Source: Desulfatiglandales bacterium
GTDB lineage: Bacteria; Desulfobacterota; DSM-4660; Desulfatiglandales; Desulfatiglandaceae
Length of the DNA stretch: 64,000 nt
Assembly: GCA_963662465.1 (NCBI GenBank)
Contig: OY759599.1
Span: 2,496,001 to 2,560,000, forward strand
Direction: 5' to 3'
Position numbers and translations under genes: made by a program. The notes under the pieces were generated by a model that had not been told where the DNA came from, did no database searches, and saw nothing but the letters and a program-made list of their open reading frames with translations. Below, one piece after another: positions 33,101-42,057 of this stretch; within the stretch, counting starts at the first letter, position 1; each line of letters opens with the position of its first letter.

Positions 33101-34240
33101 ATGAGCGCCCTGCCCGTTGTAGATGAAATCATTATTGCAGACACAGGCTCAACCGACAGAACCCGGAAAATCGCAAAGGCATTCGGCGCAAGGGTGCTGA
33201 ATTATGAATGGACGGATGATTTTGCGGCGGCCAGGAATGCCTCGCTTGAAAATGCCGAGGGCGAATGGATACTGGTCCTCGACGCAGATGAAGTCATATC
33301 GCCACTGGACTATGACCCCCTCACCAAACTCGTGAAAAATGCATCCGAGCATCCTTTAGCGTACACCATCACCACCCGGAACTATGTCAGGCCCGTTTAT
33401 ATCAGCGGATGGACCTGCAATAAGGGAGGCTATCCGGATGAGGAACAGGGGACAGGCTGGTATCCATCCCGGAAGGTGCGCCTTTTTTCAAATGACCGCC
33501 GCATCCGCTTTCAAAACGCCGTCCATGAACTGGTGGAACCCTCATTAAAGGCCATCGGGATTCACGCAAAAGAGTGCGACATTCCGATACACCATTATGG
33601 CCAGCTTGACAAAAATCACTATGTGGCCAAAGGAGAAGAATATTATCTTTTGAGTAAGAAAAAACTCGAGGAAAAAGGCGATGATCTTCAAGCGCTCATT
33701 GAGTTAGCCACTCAATCCGGCGGTGAATTTGGAAAATACGAAGAAGCAATCGACCTGTGGAAAAGGGTCCTGAAGCTGGATGCCAAAAACAAAAAGGCTT
33801 TTTTGAATATGAGCTTTAATTACTTGAGGCTAAGACGCTATGAAGCGTCCCGTGAAGCAGCCAAAAACGCCATTGCACTGGACCCCTCTTTAAAAGAGGC
33901 GGTGATCGCTTTTACCACCTGCGAACTACTAATCGGAGATGCGGAAAAAAATGTTTTAATGCTTGAAGACTTGTTAAGACAGTTCCCTGATTATCCGATG
34001 GCACTGGCCATCCTGGGCGCCACCTATGGCATGGGTCATGAAGAAGAAAAAGGATTTTCCCATATCAGGTATCTCATGAAAATGGGATTCGCATGCGCCG
34101 ATTATCTGTATGACTTATCGGAACGGCTTGTTTCCCTGAGAAAAGCCGACAGGGCTGCTTCGCTGCTGGAGTTCGCCGTCAGAAGCGGCAATGGCACGAA
34201 AAAGGTAAGGGAATTGATGGATAGTCTGTTGATTGGATGA
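30128..34240 (+). CDS. TPR-GT2-GT2-TPR-GT2-TPR glycosyltransferase
   Basis: VSAIVSTYN, NANTDD; ISLCMIVKNEE, ILVLDADE; TPRs. Confidence 0.85.
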   Translation: MDNSKGLDRVQTIPIKSPDVLYTEVGKVMADGNPKEAIGALEMFLAIWPDYGLAHNDLGVLYFNEGEKEKALGHYEQAARLETENTTFQKNLADFYYVEAGRVEEAMGLYIKVLAANPLDTELLLILGGICASLEKTDNAKFFYGRVLELEPWHVEARQKFEELGKGEDGGRGTEVGGRRSEVGGKEYLVSAIVSTYNSERFIRGCLEDLEAQTIADQVEIIVINSGSEQNEEAVVKEFQQRYENIKYIETDSRETVYEAWNLGIKASTGKYLTNANTDDRHRKDAFEVMVKVLEALPEVALGYADLIITEVENETFENCTPAGLFRWMNWNRKDLLKGVCFMGPQPMWRRSVHEEYGYFDGSLVTSGDYEFWLRISQTQTFLHIPVLLGVYLRSPGSIEHANRKRQAKENREIVQTYKSAYESKKIIKRRKIDATRRNLETAKYTHPLDHQRPMAPLLETPCQKDLTSIIIIVSDHQTRIKECLNLIERHTPDPSEIIFVDKSGGSPTSKWIKEESKRKERCQLITVSKESGLSQCANKGISVSSGEYILLLHDHVRVADGWLSGMLEYVKSADDVGIVGPMTNRKTAGVQYVPGSKHVGIDPFIEYAEAFRERNRHRRIPSRELADDCMLFRRRLVQHIGLFDEALQQGSESADYCLRAALAGYHNVIAGDVFVQCEDPSLKTNKNSFTYKWSGIDLKSHDGKRLAVLNAVEAAEDFYHKDEIDKAVRALIDALKYSPHEISIYHRLAQMLIDCKRFQEALEAIKAIPKKNREHPKTLELAGYCKEGMDLDDEAEPLADRALSLNPSCAAALNLKGVLAYKRGDKDACRAFLDRAMVADPGYGDAYTNMGILDWGAEHQEDALKFLEKGCRLSPAVSDHIEAYLSVISDMSEFAKAEEIFREAKALYPQNRRILWVLIDILFRQEKYESALQEIQGAMTTFGITDDILATAETVLDKLSTRETKEAEKSPKISLCMIVKNEEKCLTKCLMSALPVVDEIIIADTGSTDRTRKIAKAFGARVLNYEWTDDFAAARNASLENAEGEWILVLDADEVISPLDYDPLTKLVKNASEHPLAYTITTRNYVRPVYISGWTCNKGGYPDEEQGTGWYPSRKVRLFSNDRRIRFQNAVHELVEPSLKAIGIHAKECDIPIHHYGQLDKNHYVAKGEEYYLLSKKKLEEKGDDLQALIELATQSGGEFGKYEEAIDLWKRVLKLDAKNKKAFLNMSFNYLRLRRYEASREAAKNAIALDPSLKEAVIAFTTCELLIGDAEKNVLMLEDLLRQFPDYPMALAILGATYGMGHEEEKGFSHIRYLMKMGFACADYLYDLSERLVSLRKADRAASLLEFAVRSGNGTKKVRELMDSLLIG
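30632..30680 (+). repeat. Heptamer tandem array in coding sequence
   Basis: 7 units of G(A/T)CGG(A/G)G. Confidence 0.9.
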
Positions 34241-34252
34241 TGAGGAGCAACC

Positions 34253-34910
34253 ATGAATACATTCAAATCGTTTATTAATGTTCCGCCCTTTATCAATCGG
34301 GAGAAAGAGATGCATTCTCTCAGGACCTGGATAACCGAACAAACGTGCGGCGCTATATGGCCGTTTGGATCACAATCATAAGGAGAGGGCATGAATTTAG
34401 ACGAAACCTATGACTTTAGAAACACGAGATGGGGCATGACAAAAAAGGAGGTTCTGGCCGCCGAGCCGGATATGCCGGTTGTCAATACCGATAACCAGAT
34501 CGGGTATTTTACCCAAATTCTGGATAAGAATATTTATGTGGCCTTTGTTTTCGACAATGAGCACCTGGTCTCCACCCTGTATGCATTGAGGGATATGCGT
34601 GAAAAACTGGAGGACTCTTTCAAGGATTTTGAAGACTTCAAACAGATCCTCACCATGAAATACGGTGAACCGAACAGCGGCCAGGGGGATGTGTGGACCG
34701 ATCCGTCACAGGGAAACAAGGATACGCTGAAGGCCCTTTTACAAAATAAACAGGCGAATTCCAAAACCCTGGCATTGGCGGAATACTGCAATGAAGGCAT
34801 GGTTTGAACCAGGAGGCGGAGCAACTGGCAAACCGTGCACTTTCCATGAACCCATCGTCTGCGACCGCCCTTAACCTGAAAGGCGTTCTGGCCCACAAGA
34901 GCAGAGAGCC
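34253..34910 (+). pseudogene. Patchwork remnant: ATPase 5' stub + 5' part of the 36989 paralog + TPR-GT internal fragment
   Basis: 34253-34342 resembles 3421-3510; 34391-34745 resembles 36989-37340; 34746-34905 resembles 32440-32600. Confidence 0.75.
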
Positions 34911-35156
34911 TTATCGGCGTTGGAAAAAGAGAAAGGGCTGTTTTCATGCTGACGTTTGCCCTCGAAAACGGCAGGTCCGAGCGTGGCTGGATCACGTATT
35001 GTGGAGAAGCCAGTAGTGAGACATGACGATTGATTACAGCAATGCACACAAGCTGGCGACTTGAATTTTCTCGTGCATACACATCGGCTGGACCACAAAT
35101 ACCTCGAATTTTGCGAATACAGAAATTGCCTGATCTTGAATTTATCCAGACTATAT

Positions 35157-36764
35157 ATGACTGAAACTGCCCTTTATGAACGAAATATGTTTTCCGTTAA
35201 GGAAATGCTTGACTCTGCAATATGTTATCATCGCAACGGCGAGATTGCAAAGGCGCTTACGCTGTATCGGCGTATCCTGCAAGCCGAACCGGATCAGTCC
35301 CAGGCACTGCATGGGATGGGAATTATCGCATTTCATTTGAAAAAATATGATGTGGCCCACAGTCTGATTACCAGAGCCATCAAGCGCAGACCGGATGTGG
35401 CCTGTTTCCATTATAACGCCGGGCTTGCGTCAATTTCACTTAACAGAGCAGATGAAGCCGTTTCGGCTTTCAAAGAGGCAATCCGGCTGAATCCCGCCTA
35501 TTCGGACGCCTATTATAACCTTGGGCTTGCGCTAAAAAATCAGCAACAGTTTGATAATGCTGTTGAAAACTTTAGGACCGCAATTCACCTTTGTCCCGAA
35601 GATGCGGACGCCCACTATAACCTTGGAAACACCTACAAAGCTTTGGACCGGTACGAGGCTGCAGCGGAGAGCTATCGCATGGCGGTACGATGCAGGGAAG
35701 AATTTCCCGAGGCCCATCATAACCTTGGCGTTGTACTAAAGATCATGGGCCTCCTCGATGTGGCCATCCGCCATTTCAGAAAATCGATTCACCTGCAAAC
35801 GGATCTTGCCGAGCCCCACTGGAGCCTGTCTCTTGCGCTTTTGCTGAACGGAGAATTCGAAGAGGGCTGGAAGGAACATGAGTGGCGGTTTAAGATGGGG
35901 AAAATGGATACAATCTATCCACATGTTTTTGAAATCCCCCGATGGGATGGTTCTCCGTTTCCGGGTAGACGCTTGTTTGTTCATTCGGAACAAGGTTTTG
36001 GAGATACGCTGCATTTTGTTCGATACCTCCCCTTGGTAAAGCGACTCGGGGGAAAGGTGGTTTTCGAGACCTTCAAGCCACTTCTGGAAATTATGAAAGG
36101 TTTTTCAGAAATCGACGAACTGGTTGAGATCTCCCCAAACAGGGACTTTGCCGAAACCTGTGACTATTATGCCCCCTTGATGAGTCTGCCCATGCTCCTG
36201 AGAGGGCGCTTTGAAACCATTCCTCAAGAGATTCCATACATTACGGCAGACCCGGAAAAAGCGACACAATGGAACCAACGCATTGGAAAAGCGGGATTGA
36301 AAATAGGCATTGCGTGGGCCGGCAAGCCTGCCCACAAAAATGATAAAAACCGCTCATGTCAATTGCGGCATTTCTTGCCACTAACTGAAATCCCCGGAGT
36401 TTCACTTTATAGTTTACAAAAAGGGGATGCCGTGCAAGCAACTGAAACTTTTGAATGGGCGAAGTGTCTGATTCGGCTTGATCGGGAATTGTCAGATTTT
36501 TCAGTAACTGCTGCCGTGATTGAAAACCTGGATCTGGTTATTTCCGTTGATACGGCGCTAGTCCACCTGGCCGGTGCCATGGGTAAACCAGTCTGGATAC
36601 TACTGCCGCATGCTCCGGACTGGCGATGGATGCTACACCGGGAAGACAGTCCCTGGTATCCGACCATGCGTCTTTTTCGCCAACCTTTACCTGGAAATTG
36701 GAATTCTGTATTCGAAAAGGTAAGAGATGAATTGTACAAACTCATAAGCCGAAGAAGAGAATGA
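35157..36764 (+). CDS. TPR protein with C-terminal GT-B (GT9-like) domain
   Basis: TPRs; SEQGFGDTLHF, LDLVISVDTALVHLAGAMG, DWRW, SPWYP; start uncertain. Confidence 0.85.
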   Translation: MTETALYERNMFSVKEMLDSAICYHRNGEIAKALTLYRRILQAEPDQSQALHGMGIIAFHLKKYDVAHSLITRAIKRRPDVACFHYNAGLASISLNRADEAVSAFKEAIRLNPAYSDAYYNLGLALKNQQQFDNAVENFRTAIHLCPEDADAHYNLGNTYKALDRYEAAAESYRMAVRCREEFPEAHHNLGVVLKIMGLLDVAIRHFRKSIHLQTDLAEPHWSLSLALLLNGEFEEGWKEHEWRFKMGKMDTIYPHVFEIPRWDGSPFPGRRLFVHSEQGFGDTLHFVRYLPLVKRLGGKVVFETFKPLLEIMKGFSEIDELVEISPNRDFAETCDYYAPLMSLPMLLRGRFETIPQEIPYITADPEKATQWNQRIGKAGLKIGIAWAGKPAHKNDKNRSCQLRHFLPLTEIPGVSLYSLQKGDAVQATETFEWAKCLIRLDRELSDFSVTAAVIENLDLVISVDTALVHLAGAMGKPVWILLPHAPDWRWMLHREDSPWYPTMRLFRQPLPGNWNSVFEKVRDELYKLISRRRE

Positions 36765-36988
36765 ATTCATCAGTACTTCCTCTGCTAAAGCTTAATTTAG
36801 GTTGTGGACAGAACCCTCTTCCGGGCCATATCAATGTGATAAAAGAGATTCGGATGCTGCTGAAAGTTGTTAAGTAGAGCTTGGACTGCTACTTTCGTTT
36901 TATTACCAACACAGGAGACTTGAAAGCAAGATTGACAGGTATTTTGAGGCTGTTCTTATTAGAAATCCCTAAAACTCAAAGGAGGAAC

Positions 36989-37495
36989 ATGAATTTAGAT
37001 GAAGACTACGATTTCAGAAACACCCGATGGGGCATGACAAAAGAAGAGGTTCTGGCTTCGGAGCAGGCTGAACCTGTTGTCCACACCGATAACCAGATCG
37101 GGTATTTTACCCAAATTCTGGATAAGAATATTTATGTGGCCTTTGTTTTCGAGGAAGACCGGCTGTTCTCCAGCCTGTACGCCTTACGGGATATGCGTGA
37201 CAATCTGGAGGATTCCTTCCGAGATTTTGAGGACTTAAAAAAAATACTCACCATGAAATACGGAGAGCCAAACGCCGGTCAGGGGGACGTGTGGGCCGAT
37301 CCCTCTTTTGGAAATGAAAGCGAACTCAAAGAGATTCTGGATGAGCCTGTACAATATGAACTGGCATTGAAGGAAGGGCGCATCCTCCATGCCGCATTGT
37401 GGAAAACCCAAAACACCTGGATCAAAGTGACGTTATCTAAAATAATGGAAGGACAGGTGTGCGGTGTGACGATCGAGTATCAGAAGATAGAGTAG
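36989..37495 (+). CDS. Hypothetical protein
   Basis: GGAGG RBS; DFRNTRWGMT motif; a partial paralog begins at the same ATG at 34391. Confidence 0.75.
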   Translation: MNLDEDYDFRNTRWGMTKEEVLASEQAEPVVHTDNQIGYFTQILDKNIYVAFVFEEDRLFSSLYALRDMRDNLEDSFRDFEDLKKILTMKYGEPNAGQGDVWADPSFGNESELKEILDEPVQYELALKEGRILHAALWKTQNTWIKVTLSKIMEGQVCGVTIEYQKIE

Positions 37496-37505
37496 CCATA
37501 GTTTT

Positions 37506-39629
37506 CTATGGCCGGGGGAGAGCAGGCACCTTGAAGCTTCGGGGTGAATTTCCTGATTTGAAACCCTTCCATGCCATTCGATAAGCTTTTTCAAGATGGG
37601 CTGCAAACCTTGGAATATCAAACAGGGGATAGATCGACATGTTTCGCCAAAGCCGTTTTTTCACTTCGCACAACTCGCCTTTGTCCCCTGCCAGGGCAAC
37701 GGATTTCTCTTCATATTCCTGAATACCACTACAAATCATATCCTCAAGCCCCACATGGGTGAGAAAACTGGAACAGATCCTTGAATAAAAGCTTTTTCCG
37801 GGGCAGGTTACAATGGGGAGTCCCGCCCACAGGGAATCAATGGCGGTGGTCGAAGCATTGTAGGAAAAGGTGTCCAGAAACAAATCGGCCAATCGGTGAC
37901 GGGCAAAGTGTTGGGATTTATCCGGAACCCTTTCGGCAAACACCAGACGGGTCGGATCAATACCTCGTGTTTGGGCTTCCATTCGCAGGTTTTGCACCAG
38001 TCCTGCCGATTGTTTCGGGTTGGAGAGCCACAATTGACTTCCCGGGACCCGGTGCAGAATTCTCATCCATACATCAAAAACCTCCCGATTGATCTTCTGA
38101 GGGTTATTGAACGCACAGAAAACCGTCACATTCTCATCCAGATGGAAATCGCTTCGAACTAAAGACGCATCAGAAACAGGCGGCGTATCGGTTGGATGGT
38201 AAACTTCCGGCATGCGGATAATTTTTTCCGTGTAGAGCTCTTCTTCCCCCTTGGGTATCACCACATCATCGGCGATGACATAGTCCATAAACGACAGACC
38301 GAGACCGCCTCCGTGTCCGAGCCAATATATTTGGATCGGCGCAGGCCGATGGGCGAGAATTTCAAGCCGGGCGTCTTTCATATAACCGCATAGATCCACA
38401 AGGATGGCAATGCCGTCGCTTGCAATGCGATCGGCGGCGGCATGGTTGGAGAGTCGGGACAGGTCGATAAAGTGATCGCAACGGCTGCTGATCATCCGGT
38501 GATAACCGGAAGTTTCACGGGATCGATCTCTTAAAGAGTAGGCAAATATTTCAAAATTTGATCGGTCGTGGGCGGAGAACACCCCTTTCAGTACATGACT
38601 GATGGGATGATCCCCAAAGTCGGGAGAAACATACCCGATTTTAAGTTTTGAGTTTGAATCGGGAAAGGAAAAGTGGAATGGCTGTTTAACTCCCGAAAAC
38701 GATCGATCCACAAAGCGGGTCAGCCGAGGTTTGATCTCTTCATCCAAGGAAAGCAACGGCGCCAGATAGATCAGCTCATCCTGCCAACGGGTGAGATCCT
38801 GTTCCAGAAACATATCCAGCTTGGCAAGGATCGTTTGTTTCAGGGTTTCGAGTTCGGTTAATTCTCCAAGGCTGAGCAGCATACAAGCAAGGCCCGCATA
38901 AGGGGCGGCGTAACGGGAATGGGTCTGGACCGCTCTTCCGTAACAGGCCCGTGCCGATTCAAACAGTCCCATGTCCTGTAATGCGCTTCCCGCGTTGATG
39001 AGCGCCTCTTCATTTTGGGGATTTGCTTCCAGCGCCTTTTTGTAGCACGAAAGCGCCATATCCAGTTTCCCCAATTTTTTGAATGCCCGCCCCATGCCGT
39101 TATGGGCCACCGAGTGACCGGGTTCTTGGTTTATGACCTGCTGGAAGCAGTCAATTGCCTGATCCGGTTTGCCTTGGTCGTTAAAGATAGCGCCCATATT
39201 GCACCAGGCGCCGAGATGGTTTGAACTAATTTGGACGGCACGTCGATAGCTGGAGATGGCGGTATCCGGCCTCCCCTGTTTTCTCAGGGTATTTCCGATA
39301 TTGTAATGAACATCCGCATAGTCGGCATCCAGATGAATCGCCTTTTGATAATTCGCCAAGGCCTCCTCAAACTTTCCCAGCGCATTTAAACCGACACCCA
39401 GACTATTGTAATAAAAAGGGCTGTCAGGATTATTCCTGACAGCCCTTTTTATTAGATCAACCGCTTCTTGAAAACGGCCCCTTTGATAGTAAACCAGCCC
39501 CAAATGGTGAAGGGCGTCGGGATGGTCAGGCGCCCTCCCGAGGACCTCTTTGTACCCACTTTCAGCCTGTTGAAACCGACCGGATTCATAGTGCCCTGTC
39601 GCTTGTCGAAACGTTTTTTCTATCGTCAC
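37506..39629 (-). CDS. TPR O-GlcNAc-transferase-like protein (GT41/SPINDLY)
   Basis: KIGYVSPDFGDHP, AFNNPQKI, ADLFLDTFSYNASTT. Confidence 0.9.
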   Translation of the reverse strand: MTIEKTFRQATGHYESGRFQQAESGYKEVLGRAPDHPDALHHLGLVYYQRGRFQEAVDLIKRAVRNNPDSPFYYNSLGVGLNALGKFEEALANYQKAIHLDADYADVHYNIGNTLRKQGRPDTAISSYRRAVQISSNHLGAWCNMGAIFNDQGKPDQAIDCFQQVINQEPGHSVAHNGMGRAFKKLGKLDMALSCYKKALEANPQNEEALINAGSALQDMGLFESARACYGRAVQTHSRYAAPYAGLACMLLSLGELTELETLKQTILAKLDMFLEQDLTRWQDELIYLAPLLSLDEEIKPRLTRFVDRSFSGVKQPFHFSFPDSNSKLKIGYVSPDFGDHPISHVLKGVFSAHDRSNFEIFAYSLRDRSRETSGYHRMISSRCDHFIDLSRLSNHAAADRIASDGIAILVDLCGYMKDARLEILAHRPAPIQIYWLGHGGGLGLSFMDYVIADDVVIPKGEEELYTEKIIRMPEVYHPTDTPPVSDASLVRSDFHLDENVTVFCAFNNPQKINREVFDVWMRILHRVPGSQLWLSNPKQSAGLVQNLRMEAQTRGIDPTRLVFAERVPDKSQHFARHRLADLFLDTFSYNASTTAIDSLWAGLPIVTCPGKSFYSRICSSFLTHVGLEDMICSGIQEYEEKSVALAGDKGELCEVKKRLWRNMSIYPLFDIPRFAAHLEKAYRMAWKGFKSGNSPRSFKVPALPRP

Positions 39630-39689
39630 CCTTCCCTCTTATGTTACATTTGTTACATTTTTTTCGCCGAATTTTTTGTCTGTCGACAC

Positions 39690-40076
39690 TTATTGCTCGG
39701 CCATTGGCCGACTTCTCAAACCGGCCGCCAAACCATTGTTGATATTGATAATTGCACTCAATTTCTCACGATCAGGCGTGACCAGCATTTCAAAAATTCG
39801 ACTGTCAATAAACACACTGAGATTGAGCAAATTCTGGCGCAATTTTTTATCCATGGGATGATCGGGCTTTGCAAGTTCTGCCTGCAATATGGACCAAACG
39901 CGCTGGTTGTACGTGCAAGCCTCCTCAAGGTCAGCCCTGCGATTTTCCGAATCCCAGTTTTTTTGACAATCTCTCAGTTTGGCGGCAGCCTTGCTCAACA
40001 CCCTGGCTTCTATTTCACGTCCGGACATCGTCGCGGCGGCCGACTTCTCGTATGCGTTATATGCATTACCGTACAT
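39690..40076 (-). CDS. flaF: Flagellar biosynthesis regulator FlaF
   Basis: REIEARVLSKAA, NQRVWSILQ, LRQNLLNLSVF, ININNGLAAGL; adjacent to flbT. Confidence 0.9.
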   Translation of the reverse strand: MYGNAYNAYEKSAAATMSGREIEARVLSKAAAKLRDCQKNWDSENRRADLEEACTYNQRVWSILQAELAKPDHPMDKKLRQNLLNLSVFIDSRIFEMLVTPDREKLSAIININNGLAAGLRSRPMAEQ

Positions 40077-40452
40077 TTAACAACTCCTTTTCGTATTCTA
40101 TGAGTTCCCGTGTAAGCTTGAGCGCCTGATAATACCGGGTATGAAGTATATGATCGCTGATCCCGTCAATCCGTTCCAGCATGCTGGGCGCTGCCGCCAG
40201 GACATCCTGGACTTCCCGCCAATATTGCTTGTGGTAAACTTTCAAGTTGGTTTCATCCACATACATAAGCTGAACGATAAAATAAATCCTGCGGCAAGGA
40301 GAGTCAGCCTCTTTCTCCGTCATGATATCCTTTTCACGCAGAATAGGGACTTTGTTTTCCACCACGAAGTCGGCTGTCCTATTCCCGTTTGCCAAGACAG
40401 CCCCGCCGATAATCATCCGTTCCTTTGGTTTCAGTGTAATTTTCAGCGCCAT
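40066..40452 (-). CDS. flbT: Flagellin translational regulator FlbT
   Basis: MALKITLKPKERMIIGGAV, PILREKDIM, SPCRRIYF, YYQALK. Confidence 0.9.
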   Translation of the reverse strand: MALKITLKPKERMIIGGAVLANGNRTADFVVENKVPILREKDIMTEKEADSPCRRIYFIVQLMYVDETNLKVYHKQYWREVQDVLAAAPSMLERIDGISDHILHTRYYQALKLTRELIEYEKELLNVR

Positions 40453-40490
40453 GGTTTCGACCCGCCCAAACTATAAAACTACAGCTTCAG

Positions 40491-40526
40491 TCAGAAAAAT
40501 AGGAGGGGGCAGTTGCGCCCCCCTCC
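40491..40526 (-). terminator. Probable rho-independent terminator after flagellin
   Basis: GGAGGGGG / CCCCCTCC stem followed by TATTTTT on the minus strand. Confidence 0.6.
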
Positions 40527-40546
40527 ATTACATCCCGCGGTTAAAG

Positions 40547-41704
40547 TTAGAACAACCTCAAGACAGACTGCGCTGACTGTGCAGACATGCTCAGTGAGGT
40601 GACGGCGAGGCTCTGCTGGGTTTGCAGCATCAGCATATTCGCCCCCTCCTCGTTCATGTCAGCCAGGGTGAGGTTATCCGCACCGGTTTCAAGCGTATTG
40701 ATCATACTTGTACTAAAAGCCTGCCGTGCCTTGATGGTACTCAGGTTGGAGGCGAGATCCGAGGCTTCCATCTCCAGTTTATCCTTCGCGGCCTCAAGCT
40801 TACCGATGTCTGTTTCCGCGTTTGCTTTGCTTGCCCAACCATCTGTGGCCGTCACTTCCAAACCAAGTCCGAGGTTCGCCCTGGCATCAAAACCGCCCAA
40901 GGTAATCGAATGGTCATCCGTAAAGTCCACCACCAGTTGGTTTGCTTCATCTGAGACCGTATCCAGAAGATTGGTTCCCTTGTAGTTGGAATCCGCCACA
41001 AGATCATCAAGCTGGGCCATCAACTGTGCATACTGCGCCACAAGATTAGCGCGTTCATCGGCTGAATCACCTCCCCCAGCGGTTAGCACGGACTCGGTAA
41101 TCCTAGCCTCATTATCAGTATTGACCACAACATCTCCGGCTTCCATGTCGCCACTGCCCCTTGCAAGAGAGATTGTGGCGCCATTGACGCTCGTGGCATC
41201 TATTTCCTGGGTTTCAGCATTTGAATTGATCAGCATTGCAAGGTTAGCTGCGGCTATGGAATCACTGCCACCGATCCCAAACGAAGTTCCACTTGAAGCA
41301 TCGCCGGTAGCAGCCGTATATTGATAACCTCCGATCGTTACGATGTCGCCGTCCTCGACATCGTCAAGGGTTATGGTTTGGGTTGCGTTCCCTGCGGAGG
41401 CATCCAACTCCTTGGCATCCTTTGCGACGGCAATCGCGGAATCGATTAATGAGGTAATGCCTGTAATACCCGCATTTGCCGCATTGATCGCCTGAACCGC
41501 CTCACCCATCCCATCCTTGTACGCAGCCAGACCCGAAGCCCGCTCCATATGGCCCTTGGCCGTAAAATAGCTGCTCGGGTTATCGAGTGCCGAGTTTACC
41601 TTTTTACCGCTGGAGAGACGCGTTTGGGTTTGGTCCATCATTTGCGCCGTATTCTGGAGAGAATACAGATTGCTCCTCATTCCTGCTGTTAATGATATCG
41701 ACAT
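40547..41704 (-). CDS. Flagellin (alphaproteobacterial style)
   Basis: RLSSGKKVNSALDNP N-terminus; LTLADMNEEGANMLMLQTQQSL...SVLRLF C-terminus. Confidence 0.9.
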   Translation of the reverse strand: MSISLTAGMRSNLYSLQNTAQMMDQTQTRLSSGKKVNSALDNPSSYFTAKGHMERASGLAAYKDGMGEAVQAINAANAGITGITSLIDSAIAVAKDAKELDASAGNATQTITLDDVEDGDIVTIGGYQYTAATGDASSGTSFGIGGSDSIAAANLAMLINSNAETQEIDATSVNGATISLARGSGDMEAGDVVVNTDNEARITESVLTAGGGDSADERANLVAQYAQLMAQLDDLVADSNYKGTNLLDTVSDEANQLVVDFTDDHSITLGGFDARANLGLGLEVTATDGWASKANAETDIGKLEAAKDKLEMEASDLASNLSTIKARQAFSTSMINTLETGADNLTLADMNEEGANMLMLQTQQSLAVTSLSMSAQSAQSVLRLF

Positions 41705-41858
41705 GATTTATTCTCCTTTCTGGATTTTCATTTGGCTTTCTTGCCTGGTGGTTTGTTGATTAGCCGACTTCATTGCGGCCTTCAAGTGCATTTCCCATCT
41801 CTTTTCCGATCTCCACCTCCCTTCAGGACGCTCCTTATGTACTGCGCCTTTAAATTCA

Positions 41859-41885
41859 GTATCGGTATCATGGGGAAAAACTTTA
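41859..41885 (-). promoter_or_regulatory. Sigma-28 promoter of flagellin
   Basis: TAAA-N15-ACCGATAC versus consensus TAAA-N15-GCCGATAA. Confidence 0.7.
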
Positions 41886-42057
41886 GAAAAAAAGCATCTT
41901 TTAATATGACGCCAAAATCAGATGCCTCTATTGTCTTGACATCGGAAGTGCATATAGGTGAAAAAAAGGACGGTGGCGCCGTCAAAACATTCAGTAACGC
42001 ATTTTCTTATAAAACAGTTTCGCCACTTGTTGCGGTTTACCGGCAACTCTTGAATTC

